A DNA stretch of 31,121 nt. Origin: Clostridiales bacterium. Lineage in GTDB: Bacteria; Bacillota; Clostridia; Oscillospirales; CAG-272. Shown one piece after another: positions 7,779 to 17,270 of the stretch. The notes beneath the pieces were generated by a model, which was not told the DNA's origin, searched no databases, and saw nothing but the letters and a program-made list of their open reading frames with translations. The position numbers and the translations under genes were made by a program. Numbering within the stretch: the first letter of the stretch is position 1; every line of letters begins with the position of its first letter. The DNA lies in NCBI GenBank assembly GCA_018370615.1, contig JAGZAC010000001.1:1-31121 (forward strand), in the 5' to 3' direction.

Positions 7779-10082
7779 TTAATTTTCTCCGCTCAGACGA
7801 ATCACCTGGTCTGTGCCGTCACCGCCGCGAAGCAGTTCCTGCACGATTTCTCCTTCCAGCTGCCGACAGGAAAACAGCAGAGACTGGTTTCCCTTTTCTC
7901 CTGCAGCGGACAGCATCGTCAGTATTCTGGAGAGCCTGTCCGCATCGATGCGGGCGAAGCTTTCGTCAAACACCACCGGCGGCGGATTTCCCGGAAAGAG
8001 CACGTTGAGGAGAGCATACCGGAGGCTGATGTACGCGGCATCTTGGGTGCCTGCGGAGAGATACCCCAGTTCTCTGGTTTTGTCCTGCGTGGTCAGATGC
8101 ATGGAAAAATCCTTTGTAACGCCTACCGTTGGGTATTTTCCTCCGGAAAACATTCCCAGCAGCAGCCCTGCTTCGGTGACAATTCGGGGAAGCAGTCCCT
8201 GACGCAGGTGATTGCCTGCGGCTTCCAGCGCCTCCATGGCAGCGGCAATCCCATTGTACCGCTTTTGTAATGCACCAAGCTCCGCTTTCAGCGCTTCTAT
8301 TTTTTCGGCAAGCTCTGCAGGAGAAACCGTTACTGCCCGCAGTGCGCTCAGCTTCTTTTCCAGCTCCATGCGGCGGGTTTGCCCGGTTTCGGCAATGCTG
8401 TGGAAAAAGCCTGCATCCCGGCGTGCTTTTTCCGCTTCTTCCCGCGTCATGTGGGAGGCTGTCTGTCCGGCTTCCGTGGCCAGGGCCGCCGCAGCCTGCC
8501 TTTCAATTTCTTCTCGGGAGGAAGGGTCCAGTACGTCGGCAAAGGTGGACAGACGGCCGGCGGCGATGTGGTACTCTTCCTGGAGTCGGGACTTTTGTGC
8601 CAGCAGTTCTTTCGCGGCCTGCAGGGCGTTTTCTGCCATAATGTCTGTGTCCGGAACCGCTTCTGTAAACAAGGCGGCACAGGTGCGCAGAGACTGGGTG
8701 TCCGCTTCCATTTCTGCCTGATCCTTTGCAATTTCCTGCTCCAGGGCGCAAAACTCCGATGCGGGATCTGTCCGCTGACGGGACAGCTGAATTTTTTCTT
8801 CAATTACGTCTCCCAGAGCATCTGTATCGTGCACGCCCCACTGGTTTAAAATGGTATGATATGTTTCCAGCTTGGACAGACTTCGGACAAAGGAGATAAT
8901 GCCGCAAATGGCGGCGATGCCGGCGAAAATGACCGCCCCAATGGCAAGGTATGTATCTATCTCCCGCAGGAAAAAGGCGGCGACGCCGGCGATTGCCGTC
9001 AAAACAAACAGGACAAGAGAGGCTGCAAAGGCTCCCTTTCTTCCCCTGATTGCCGCTGCTGCCTTGTCTTTCTGTCCTCTGGCGTCCGTCTCCTCTTCCG
9101 GCGTCATTTCGGGAGGGAGCGTGTCGTCGATTGCATTCAGGGAGCGGCGCATGGTACGCAGCTGTGCTTCCCAGTTTTTCAAACTGTCGGACAGCCGCTC
9201 CATGGTTTGCATTTTTTCCCCGATGTCTCCATAGGGTGCGAAGGTCTCCAGCTGCTTTTCCAGCGCATCGGCTTCTGCCTGACAGGTCAGCCCCACATTC
9301 AACCGCACTTTTTTCTGCAGCTTGTCGTAAGCCTCGGTAAGCGCCGCCGATTGCGCTCCCTTCTTCTTCTGCTCGGCAATCTGGGCCTCGCTGTCGGCCA
9401 GCGCGCTTTCCAACGCGATGACCTCTCCATTTTTCTCCGCTGCCTCATTCCGTAACCCTTCCAGACGGCGGAGCTCCTGCTGGAGATCATAGATTTGTCC
9501 GCCGGCGCTGTTTTTGTACAGCAGCTTTTTGCGCTCCTTGTCCAGTCTTTCCGCCGCCTTGCGGGAATTGAGGCCCTCGTCGCCGGAGAGGAGGATGTTT
9601 TCGATTGCTTCCGTCATGCCGGTGCCGTCAATACTGTTGTCTCCCAGCTGCCGCACGAATACGGAATTGTAAAACATTTGCTCCGTCATGCCGAAGAGCG
9701 CTTCTCCAGGCACTTCTCCCCGGAAAAGGCGTTCGCCTGTCAAGCCGTCCGTTACCGCCAACCGTTCTCTGGGGTTGTTGCGGTCCAGCTGACCTAAAGG
9801 TACATACAGCTCCCGTTCGATCCGATATTCCCGTTCTCCGTCGGAGAGGATTAGAGTGCCGGCCGCACAGCCGGTATTCCAATTTGCGTATTTTTTCTGC
9901 TCCGCCATTTCTCCGCCGGCACTCCTGCCGGACAGCCCATACAGCATAAACTTGATAAACATGGCGATAGAGCTTTTTCCCGCCTCGTTGGGACCTTCAA
10001 AAATGTTCAGTCCGGGGGTGAGTGTAAACTCTTTCTCCTTCAGGGGACCGAAGGATGCAATATGAATGGATTTTATATACAT
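7779..10082 (-). CDS. SMC/SbcC-like (YhaN-type) AAA ATPase with a central hydrophobic hairpin
   Basis: Walker A GPNEAGKS, long coiled coils, signature LSAGTQD, Walker B VVFDESF. Start moved to ATG 10082. Confidence 0.88.
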   Translation of the reverse strand: MYIKSIHIASFGPLKEKEFTLTPGLNIFEGPNEAGKSSIAMFIKFMLYGLSGRSAGGEMAEQKKYANWNTGCAAGTLILSDGEREYRIERELYVPLGQLDRNNPRERLAVTDGLTGERLFRGEVPGEALFGMTEQMFYNSVFVRQLGDNSIDGTGMTEAIENILLSGDEGLNSRKAAERLDKERKKLLYKNSAGGQIYDLQQELRRLEGLRNEAAEKNGEVIALESALADSEAQIAEQKKKGAQSAALTEAYDKLQKKVRLNVGLTCQAEADALEKQLETFAPYGDIGEKMQTMERLSDSLKNWEAQLRTMRRSLNAIDDTLPPEMTPEEETDARGQKDKAAAAIRGRKGAFAASLVLFVLTAIAGVAAFFLREIDTYLAIGAVIFAGIAAICGIISFVRSLSKLETYHTILNQWGVHDTDALGDVIEEKIQLSRQRTDPASEFCALEQEIAKDQAEMEADTQSLRTCAALFTEAVPDTDIMAENALQAAKELLAQKSRLQEEYHIAAGRLSTFADVLDPSSREEIERQAAAALATEAGQTASHMTREEAEKARRDAGFFHSIAETGQTRRMELEKKLSALRAVTVSPAELAEKIEALKAELGALQKRYNGIAAAMEALEAAGNHLRQGLLPRIVTEAGLLLGMFSGGKYPTVGVTKDFSMHLTTQDKTRELGYLSAGTQDAAYISLRYALLNVLFPGNPPPVVFDESFARIDADRLSRILTMLSAAGEKGNQSLLFSCRQLEGEIVQELLRGGDGTDQVIRLSGEN

Positions 10083-10102
10083 ACTACTACCTTTCTGTCC
10101 GA

Positions 10103-11227
10103 TCACTGAGTAGGAAGCTCTTCGCCTGCGAGCGCCGCCATAGCATACCGCAGTGCCCGGCTACCCGTTTCCCGCTCCGCAGGATCGGCGCTTTCCAGCT
10201 TGGGCAGAAGCACCCGATAAAGCTCTCCCCGTATTCCCTGGTCTTGGAGGAGGGCGGCTGCATTCCATGTGGGCGCAGTGGCGTCCCGGACCTCCAGATG
10301 GGCCAAGCCTTCGCCAGCCGTCTCCAAGACGGCTGTGTCAATAGACAGATCGGGGTCTATGTTTCCCTGCAAGGTGATCCGCAGCAGCGTGTCTGCGCCG
10401 AACGCGCCCTCTCGGATGTAGGCGCGCACCGCTGCAGCCGCGTCCTCCTGCTGGGCGGCACCATCGATGTTCAAGGTGCGGTCTTCGTAAATTTTGCGGC
10501 AGAACCGGAGCCGTTCCCAGCGAAGCTGTGTGCCGTCACCGTCTTTTTCCAATGTGACCAGCACGGCTCCCTTGATCCCCGTCTCCCCAAAGTCTCGTCC
10601 TTCCGGACAACCGCAGTAAGCCCCCGGTACAGTGAGAGCTGCGGTAGCGTTTTCCGGATTGTGAAAATGGCCCAACGCGCAGTAGTCCGCGCCGAAGGCT
10701 TCCAGCACTCCCGCGGGCAGCGGTCCGTAGGTGCTGATGGGAGAGGTGGCGTCTCCATGGGCGCACAAAATGTTGATCCCCGATGGGTCCTCCACCTTTT
10801 TCCCTTCCAGGGGGCATGTCCGTAAAGAGGGGCCTTGAAAGGCATAACCGTATACATAGCAATGGAGCTGAGGGAAGGAAAAGTACGAAAGGTCAGCAGA
10901 GGAAAATACAAAAACATTGTCCGGGAAAATGTTCCTGCTCCAAATGCTTTTTTCTTCTGCCGGGTCATGATTGCCCGGAGCGATCACCACCGGACAATCC
11001 AGTTTTGCAAATTCCTGACGCAGCAGGGCAATTGTATCCCGGGTTACATAATTTTTATCAAACAAGTCTCCGGCAATCAGCAAAAGGTCTATGCCATTTT
11101 CCCGAGCATAGGACGTCATGCTGGAAAAAGCAGCCCGCAGCTCGCCGCGGCGCTGCCTGGCGGCAGCCGTATCCAGCCCGGCGAAGGGACTGTCCAGATG
11201 GACGTCTCCAGTGTGCAGTATTTTCAT
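10103..11227 (-). CDS. SbcD/Mre11/YhaO-like metallophosphoesterase nuclease
   Basis: HTGDVHL, AGDLFD, PGNHD, AHG, ALGHFH and YCGCPEGRDFGE motifs. Start at ATG 11227, after AAGGGAG. Confidence 0.92.
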   Translation of the reverse strand: MKILHTGDVHLDSPFAGLDTAAARQRRGELRAAFSSMTSYARENGIDLLLIAGDLFDKNYVTRDTIALLRQEFAKLDCPVVIAPGNHDPAEEKSIWSRNIFPDNVFVFSSADLSYFSFPQLHCYVYGYAFQGPSLRTCPLEGKKVEDPSGINILCAHGDATSPISTYGPLPAGVLEAFGADYCALGHFHNPENATAALTVPGAYCGCPEGRDFGETGIKGAVLVTLEKDGDGTQLRWERLRFCRKIYEDRTLNIDGAAQQEDAAAAVRAYIREGAFGADTLLRITLQGNIDPDLSIDTAVLETAGEGLAHLEVRDATAPTWNAAALLQDQGIRGELYRVLLPKLESADPAERETGSRALRYAMAALAGEELPTQ

Positions 11228-11269
11228 GGGAGATACTCCCTTTCTATTTATGAATATGAATCCAAGTAA

Positions 11270-11298
11270 AGTATACCACGGTTGATGCCGCTTTGCAA
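11270..11298 (-). promoter_or_regulatory. Sigma-A promoter for the nuclease/ATPase/division run
   Basis: TTGCAA (11298-11293), 17 nt, TATACT (11275-11270) with an extended TG. Confidence 0.7.
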
Positions 11299-11317
11299 CG
11301 GACAAACTGTGAATTTC

Positions 11318-11797
11318 TTATTCCTTTTCCTGCGGAGTAAGGGCACCTTCCAGCATCAGCAGCTGCCGCTTCATAGGAAGGCCTTCCGGGCCGCCATAGC
11401 CGCCCAGATCGGATGCGCCCACCACCCGGTGGCAGGGAATCAGCAGCCACAGGGGATTGTTTCGCATGGCGCTTCCCACTGCACGTGCCGCCCGGGGATA
11501 GCCGGCCATCGCGGCCAGATCTCCATAGGTGATGGTACTGCCGTAGGGGACTTGCAGAAGCGTTTTCCATACCTTCACCTGAAAATCTGTACCCTGGAGC
11601 TTTAGCGGCAGGTCGAAGGCTTTTCTTTTTCCGCCAAAATACTCCCGCAGCTGTGTCTCACAGCGGCGGCACAAATCGTCCGGATGCTCCTTTTTAGAGA
11701 CATTCTCCTTTGCCAGGTGTATCTCGCAGATTGCCTCCCCATCAGACAAAATCCACAGCGGCCCCAGCGGGCAGTCTTTGTACAGATAAGAATACAT
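11318..11797 (-). CDS. ogt: Methylated-DNA--protein-cysteine methyltransferase
   Basis: GTDFQVKVW, PYGSTITYG, AARAVG and active site PCHRVV. Start at ATG 11797, after AAGGAAG. Confidence 0.95.
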   Translation of the reverse strand: MYSYLYKDCPLGPLWILSDGEAICEIHLAKENVSKKEHPDDLCRRCETQLREYFGGKRKAFDLPLKLQGTDFQVKVWKTLLQVPYGSTITYGDLAAMAGYPRAARAVGSAMRNNPLWLLIPCHRVVGASDLGGYGGPEGLPMKRQLLMLEGALTPQEKE

Positions 11798-11811
11798 GCT
11801 TGTCACTTCCT

Positions 11812-13617
11812 TTATAAAAATATGCCTCCAATATGATAGGCCAGTGCAGACATGACCCACGCGGTTCCCAGCTGCAGCGCCGCCGCGCCTGCCGTCCACA
11901 GCCGACTTTTCGTTTCACTTTTAATTGTTGCCAGTGCCGCCGCACAGGGGATGTAAAGGAGTACGAACACCATTAGTGCATACGCGTTTGCTGGGCCGAA
12001 CCCGTATGCGGTGAGAGATGCGTGCAGTGCAGCCGTGCCGGCTGCGGAAGAGATGTTTGTAATTCCAAACAAAACCGCCATAGAGGAGACCACTACCTCC
12101 TTTGCGGCGATCCCGGCAATTAGCGCTACTGCGATCTGCCACAGCCCCAGGCCGCAGGGGGCTAGCAGAGGGGCGACGGCACGCCCGATCCATCCGGCAA
12201 AGCTGTCTTCCATAGAAGTGGCAAAACCTCCGGGACCCACGTTGAGCAGAACCCACAATAGGATAGATGCGAGAAAAATGGTGGTGCCTGCCCGGGCGAG
12301 ATAATCCCGGATTTTCTCCCAGACATACAAAAGCATGGTGCGCAGGGTAGGCGCTTTATAATCCGGCAGCTCCAGCAAAAGGGGCGGCTGCCCCTCTTTG
12401 CCGCTCAGATGCTTGGTGCATCTGGCGACCATCACGGCGGTGAGCAGTCCGATCCCATACATGGAAAGGGACGCCAGCGGGGCGAATTTTCCGAAAAACG
12501 CACCGGCAATCAGGATATATACCGGCAACCGGGCGCTGCAAGACATGAAGGGCGTCACGAGAATCACCCGCAGACGGTCCCGGCGTGTTTCCAGTGTACG
12601 GCTTGCCATTACGGCCGGCACCGTACAGCCCATTCCCAGCAATAGGGGAATGAATGCCCGGCCGGACAGCCCCAGAGCGCCCATGATTCCGTCCATAATA
12701 TAAGCCACTCTGGCCATGTAGCCGCTGTCCTCCAAAAACGCCAGCGCAAAAAACAAAAGAACAATATTGGGCAAAAAGGTGAGAATTCCGCCGACGCCGG
12801 ACAGAATACCGTCTGTGATGAGCGCAGTGAGCCACGGTGCCGTATGGATGGCGTCCAATCCGTCCCGGACGCCTGCATACAGTCGGTCCAGGCCGGCTTC
12901 CAGAGGGATTTTGGCAAGGTCCCCCAGAGAAAAGGTGAAGAGAAACACTGCGGCGATGATGGCGAAAAATATACATATTCCCCGCAGGGGATGCAGCAGA
13001 ATTTTGTCCAGACGGTCTGTAAAGGCTTTGGGGCCGCGGTCGGAAAGACAGGCCGCAACCACCGCTTCGATCCAAGCAAACCGCTCCTGAACTGCCATAT
13101 CTGCAAAAGGCGCAGGCGTGGAGTGCCCTCCTTCCCGTGCTGCCTTTTCTGCGGCACTCATTAGCGTGTCTAGACCCTCCCGCCGCCGGGCGGATATGGG
13201 GATGACGGGAATTCCCAGAAACGCTGCCAGCCGCTGTACATTCAGCCGAGCCCGGCGCTTTTTCAGTATGTCCATCATATTCAGCGCCAGCACCACAGGG
13301 CGGCCCAGCTCAATTAGCTGCAGAGTCAGATAAAGGTTGCGGGAAAGACAGGAGGCATCTGCTACGTCGACTATAACGTCTGTACCGCCTTCCAGAAGAA
13401 ACTGACGGGACAGCTTTTCCTCCAGTGTGTATGTAGACAGGGAATAGATTCCCGGCAGATCCACAAGGGTGTGCCGCCGCCCGCCGTGGGTGTAGGTGCC
13501 TTCTTTTTTCTCTACGGTTACTCCAGGCCAGTTTGCCACCTTCAGCGATGCGCCGGTGTAGGCATTGAAGAGCGTGGTTTTTCCGCAGTTGGGGTTGCCT
13601 GCAAATACAATTGTCAT
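11812..13617 (-). CDS. feoB: Ferrous iron transporter FeoB (compact, 601 aa)
   Basis: G1 GNPNCGKTT, NWPGVTVE, DLPG, NMMD, then LEDSGYMAR, PFMSCSARLP, LLELPDY and AKEVVV. ATG 13617 overlaps the feoA stop. Confidence 0.95.
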   Translation of the reverse strand: MTIVFAGNPNCGKTTLFNAYTGASLKVANWPGVTVEKKEGTYTHGGRRHTLVDLPGIYSLSTYTLEEKLSRQFLLEGGTDVIVDVADASCLSRNLYLTLQLIELGRPVVLALNMMDILKKRRARLNVQRLAAFLGIPVIPISARRREGLDTLMSAAEKAAREGGHSTPAPFADMAVQERFAWIEAVVAACLSDRGPKAFTDRLDKILLHPLRGICIFFAIIAAVFLFTFSLGDLAKIPLEAGLDRLYAGVRDGLDAIHTAPWLTALITDGILSGVGGILTFLPNIVLLFFALAFLEDSGYMARVAYIMDGIMGALGLSGRAFIPLLLGMGCTVPAVMASRTLETRRDRLRVILVTPFMSCSARLPVYILIAGAFFGKFAPLASLSMYGIGLLTAVMVARCTKHLSGKEGQPPLLLELPDYKAPTLRTMLLYVWEKIRDYLARAGTTIFLASILLWVLLNVGPGGFATSMEDSFAGWIGRAVAPLLAPCGLGLWQIAVALIAGIAAKEVVVSSMAVLFGITNISSAAGTAALHASLTAYGFGPANAYALMVFVLLYIPCAAALATIKSETKSRLWTAGAAALQLGTAWVMSALAYHIGGIFL

Positions 13618-13838
13618 GGGGTCCGCTCCCCCGCAATTCTCCGTGCGGCGCCGGCACCCACGGCGTATCGTACCCCCATGGTGCGCACCACCATGGTGCC
13701 GCATCGTTTTTTGTGGAGTACCTGCAGCCGGCCCCCTGGGAGAATTCCCAAAATCTGCAGTCGATGGCGCAGAGTCTCCTCCAGCCGAATTTGGGAGACG
13801 GTGAAAACGTCCCCCACGTTGCAGTCAAACAGCGTCAT
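13614..13838 (-). CDS. feoA: Ferrous iron transport protein FeoA (74 aa)
   Basis: MTLFDCNVGDVFTVSQI...RHRLQILGILPG...RYAVGAGAARRI, matching the FeoA RLxxLGxxPG pattern, directly upstream of feoB. Confidence 0.88.
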   Translation of the reverse strand: MTLFDCNVGDVFTVSQIRLEETLRHRLQILGILPGGRLQVLHKKRCGTMVVRTMGVRYAVGAGAARRIAGERTP

Positions 13839-13851
13839 ACTTTCTTCCTCC

Positions 13852-13880
13852 ATTATACTGTGCCGCCCGTCCCTTGTCAA
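13852..13880 (-). promoter_or_regulatory. Consensus sigma-A promoter for feoAB-ogt
   Basis: TTGACA (13880-13875), 17 nt, TATAAT (13857-13852). Confidence 0.8.
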
Positions 13881-13905
13881 CGCGGGAGGGCGTCTGTTTT
13901 TTCTA

Positions 13906-13934
13906 TTGATTCCGTGTGGCTTTCCGTGTATAAT
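13906..13934 (+). promoter_or_regulatory. Sigma-A promoter for cinA-dxs, divergent from the feo promoter
   Basis: TTGATT (13906-13911), 17 nt, TATAAT (13929-13934). Confidence 0.7.
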
Positions 13935-13989
13935 GTATATGAAAACAGCTATGCAAAAAATATCCATCATAGGAAAGCGTGAACATAAA

Positions 13990-15291
13990 ATGCAGAAAAA
14001 TATATCTTGTGAAATCATCTCCGTAGGAACGGAACTTCTCCTGGGAGATATTACCAATACGAATACCGCATATCTTGCCCGCCGCCTGGCGGTTCTCGGC
14101 ATCCCTGTCTACCGTCAGACGGTGGTAGGCGACAACGCCGCCCGTCTGACCCAGGCGTTGGAGGAGGCATACGGTCGTAGCGAGCTGGTGATTCTCACCG
14201 GCGGTCTTGGCCCCACCTGTGACGACATCACGAAGGAAACGGTGGCCGATTATTTCTCCCTCCCTATGGAGGAGGATGCGCCTACCAGAGAAGCGATAGA
14301 ATCCTTTTTCCATGCAAAGGGGCGCTCCTTTACGGAAAACAACTTAAAGCAGTGTTTGGTGCCCAAAGGCGCCACGGTATTTACCAACAGCTGGGGCACG
14401 GCGCCGGGCATTGGGATTGAGCAGGACGGAAAGTATGCGGTGCTCCTGCCCGGACCGCCCCATGAGCTAAAATTGATGTTTGAAGAGACGGTGCTGCCCT
14501 GGCTTGCCCGCCTGTCTCCGGATACGTTTTATTCCTTAAACCTGCATCTTACCGGCATCGGGGAAGGGGAGGCGGAGGCTGTCCTGCGGGAGATGATGGA
14601 CGCAGGGGAAAATCCCACCATTGCCCCTTATGCGGGGGAGGACGACGTGCGGATCCGCATCACTGCCCGGGCGGAAAATGAACAGCGCGCCCGGCAGATG
14701 TGTGCTGCCACGGCACAGAAAATCCGTCAGACATCTGTTGGAAAATATATTTATGCCTGTACAGATACCCCGGAAGGTGCGGCGGCAGTGGTGGAGCGCA
14801 CTTTGCTTTCCGTTTTTGGGGGAAATGGCCTTACCTTCGGAGCGGCAGAATCCTGTACCGGCGGCTTGGTCTGTCAGAGAATCACTGCGCTTCCCGGCGC
14901 ATCGGCTGTTTTGCAGGGGGGCATTGTATCCTATGCAAATGAGGTGAAGGCAGGCGTTTTGGGCGTGGCGCAGGAAATTTTGGATACTTGCGGTGCCGTA
15001 TCCATGGAATGTGCTGCGCAGATGGCCCGGGGTGCTGTGGCGCAGCTGGGCTGTGATATCGCCGTATCGATCACCGGCATTGCCGGCCCGGAAGGGGGCA
15101 CGCCGGAGAAGCCGGTGGGGACGGTGTGCTTTGCCGTGGCCTGCAGTGAGGATTTGGGCGGGCAGGTAGAGACCTGTATAGAGCATTACCGCAGCGGCCT
15201 CTCCCGGGAGCGCATTCGGCGGCTTGCTTCCACTAAGGCCATGCAGCTTGCTATTGCCGCAGCGAAAAAATCCGGAGCCTGTCAGGCATGA
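13990..15291 (+). CDS. cinA: Competence/damage-inducible protein CinA (MoCF-like domain plus PncC NMN deamidase domain)
   Basis: EIISVGTELLLGDITNTN, VVGDN, TGGLGPTCDD, LPGPP, AESCTGG and SITGIAGP. Start moved to ATG 13990. Confidence 0.95.
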   Translation: MQKNISCEIISVGTELLLGDITNTNTAYLARRLAVLGIPVYRQTVVGDNAARLTQALEEAYGRSELVILTGGLGPTCDDITKETVADYFSLPMEEDAPTREAIESFFHAKGRSFTENNLKQCLVPKGATVFTNSWGTAPGIGIEQDGKYAVLLPGPPHELKLMFEETVLPWLARLSPDTFYSLNLHLTGIGEGEAEAVLREMMDAGENPTIAPYAGEDDVRIRITARAENEQRARQMCAATAQKIRQTSVGKYIYACTDTPEGAAAVVERTLLSVFGGNGLTFGAAESCTGGLVCQRITALPGASAVLQGGIVSYANEVKAGVLGVAQEILDTCGAVSMECAAQMARGAVAQLGCDIAVSITGIAGPEGGTPEKPVGTVCFAVACSEDLGGQVETCIEHYRSGLSRERIRRLASTKAMQLAIAAAKKSGACQA

Positions 15292-17147
15292 AATATTTAG
15301 AGCAAATACATTCCCCGGGGGATTTGCAGAAGATGGACCCGGCGCAGCTGGAAGAACTGGCAACGGAAATCCGGGAAAAGATTCTGTCCTGTGTATCGGA
15401 GACGGAAGGACACCTGGCGTCCAATTTGGGGATGGTGGAGGCTACTATCGCCCTGCACCGGGCTTTTGACAGCCCTCAGGATGCTATCCTATTTGACGTG
15501 GGGCATCAGGCATATGCCCACAAGCTGCTCACTGGCCGCTACGAGTCTTTTGACACCATTCGCCAGTACGGCGGAATCTCTGGATTTACCAACCGGGAGG
15601 AGAGCGAGCACGATGTGCTTACGGCAGGGCACAGCGGCAGCGCACTGCCTGCCGCGCTGGGGATTGCCCGTGCAGCGGCTATGGAGGGATCCGACCGATA
15701 CGCAGTGGCCGTTGTGGGAGACGGCTCCTTCACAAACGGTATGGTATATGAAACCCTCAACTGTTGTGCCGACAAAGGGCTTCGTCTGATTGTGCTGCTC
15801 AATGACAACGAAATGTCCATTTCCAAGAATGTGGGGGGCATGTCCCGGTATTTCTCCCGGCTGCGCACTTCCCGCAGATATTTTTCCTTTAAGCGGCAGC
15901 TGCAGGTGGTACTGCGGAAGATTCCTTATGTAGGAGAAGGGCTGATTATGGGCGCCTACCGCATCAAGGAATTTTTCAAACGCCTCATCATGAAAACCAA
16001 TATGTTTGAAAATATGGGGCTGTATTATTTGGGGCCTGTGGACGGCAACGATGAGCGGAAAATCGAGCTTTTGCTGCGGGAGGCAAAGACAAAAGACTGC
16101 TGTACTCTGATTCATATGATTACTTTGAAGGGAAAGGGCTACGCGCCTGCGGAGGAGCATCCGGCCCAGTACCACTTTGCGGGAGGCTTTGACCCTGCAA
16201 AAGGGGTATGTACCCCGCCGAAAAGAACGTTTTCTTCCGTATTTGGAAGTCATATGTGTGCATTAGCACTGGATAACCCCGATCTCGCGGCCATCACTGC
16301 CGCTATGGACAAGGGAACAGGACTGACCAGCTTCAAATACATGTTCCCGGACCGGTTTTTCGATATGGGAATTGCAGAGGAAGCGGCGGCTACCTTTGCC
16401 GCTGGCCTCGCCATCGGAGGAAAGGTGCCTGTATATGCCGTGTATTCCACGTTTCTCCAGCGCGCCTATGATCAGCTTTGTGAGGATATCGCCATGCAGA
16501 ATATCCACGCGGTGATTGCCATCGATCGGGCGGGGATCGTCCCCGGAGACGGGATCACCCATCAGGGGATTTTTGACGTGTCGCTGCTTTCCTCCATCCC
16601 CGGTGTGACCCTGTATGCACCGGAAACCTATGAGGAGCTGAAGGACTGCCTGGAGCGGTGCGTGGCCGGAACGGGCCTGTGTGCACTGCGGTATCCCAAG
16701 GGGGAAGAGGCGGATTATGACCGTACTGCATTTGCGCCTGTAGGTGGGGACATCACTGCGGCCGGTACGGACCGGGACGCAGATGTAGTGATACTGACAT
16801 ATGGCCGAATTACCCACTATGCTGTCCTGGCGATGGGGCAATTGGCGTCCCGTTATCGAGTACGGGTCGTCAAGCTGGTGCGGCTGCTGCCGCTGGACCT
16901 TGAAAAAATTTCCTCCTTGTGCCAGGGGGCCGCACTGGTATATGTGCTGGAAGAAGGCGTGCGCAGCGGCGGGGTAGGAGAAGCAGTGGCGGCGCATTTT
17001 GCACGGTGCAGGGAGATGCCGCCGGTGCATATACGCTGCGTGGAGGGATTTTTGCCCCACGGGGATCTGGAAAGTCTGTACCGCCAGTGCGGGTTTCTGC
17101 CGGAGCAGATTGCGGAGGAAATTCAAAATATTTTGCAAGAAAAGTAA
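15288..17147 (+). CDS. dxs: 1-deoxy-D-xylulose-5-phosphate synthase
   Basis: GHLASNLG, FDVGHQAYAHK, TPP motif GDGSFTNG...LNDN, FDMGIAEE, YSTFLQRAYDQ and DRAG...DGITHQG. Confidence 0.96.
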   Translation: MKYLEQIHSPGDLQKMDPAQLEELATEIREKILSCVSETEGHLASNLGMVEATIALHRAFDSPQDAILFDVGHQAYAHKLLTGRYESFDTIRQYGGISGFTNREESEHDVLTAGHSGSALPAALGIARAAAMEGSDRYAVAVVGDGSFTNGMVYETLNCCADKGLRLIVLLNDNEMSISKNVGGMSRYFSRLRTSRRYFSFKRQLQVVLRKIPYVGEGLIMGAYRIKEFFKRLIMKTNMFENMGLYYLGPVDGNDERKIELLLREAKTKDCCTLIHMITLKGKGYAPAEEHPAQYHFAGGFDPAKGVCTPPKRTFSSVFGSHMCALALDNPDLAAITAAMDKGTGLTSFKYMFPDRFFDMGIAEEAAATFAAGLAIGGKVPVYAVYSTFLQRAYDQLCEDIAMQNIHAVIAIDRAGIVPGDGITHQGIFDVSLLSSIPGVTLYAPETYEELKDCLERCVAGTGLCALRYPKGEEADYDRTAFAPVGGDITAAGTDRDADVVILTYGRITHYAVLAMGQLASRYRVRVVKLVRLLPLDLEKISSLCQGAALVYVLEEGVRSGGVGEAVAAHFARCREMPPVHIRCVEGFLPHGDLESLYRQCGFLPEQIAEEIQNILQEK

Positions 17148-17208
17148 CGTACATTTGCATATAAAATTAAAAGAGCAGGAAAAACACCAATATTTTGCAT
17201 GAATCATA

Positions 17209-17237
17209 TTGACATAATGCAAAAAGAAGACTATACT
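17209..17237 (+). promoter_or_regulatory. Sigma-A promoter for Re-citrate synthase
   Basis: TTGACA (17209-17214), 17 nt, TATACT (17232-17237). Confidence 0.78.
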
Positions 17238-17270
17238 AAATTACAATTACAGCATATCAAGGAGTTTGTC

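Noticed and set aside
7779..11227. Anti-phage system call (Wadjet, Lamassu or Gabija) for the nuclease-ATPase pair
   Set aside because: No partner subunits are present, the context is housekeeping, and the motifs fit a YhaO/YhaN-like pair.
13471..13989. N-terminal extension of CinA, and similar extensions of rluD, sepF, yggS, ogt, feoB, the nuclease, citrate synthase, DeoR and YhcH in the ORF track
   Set aside because: The extensions overlap neighbouring genes or promoters. Downstream starts fit RBS positions or stop-start overlaps and the family N-termini.
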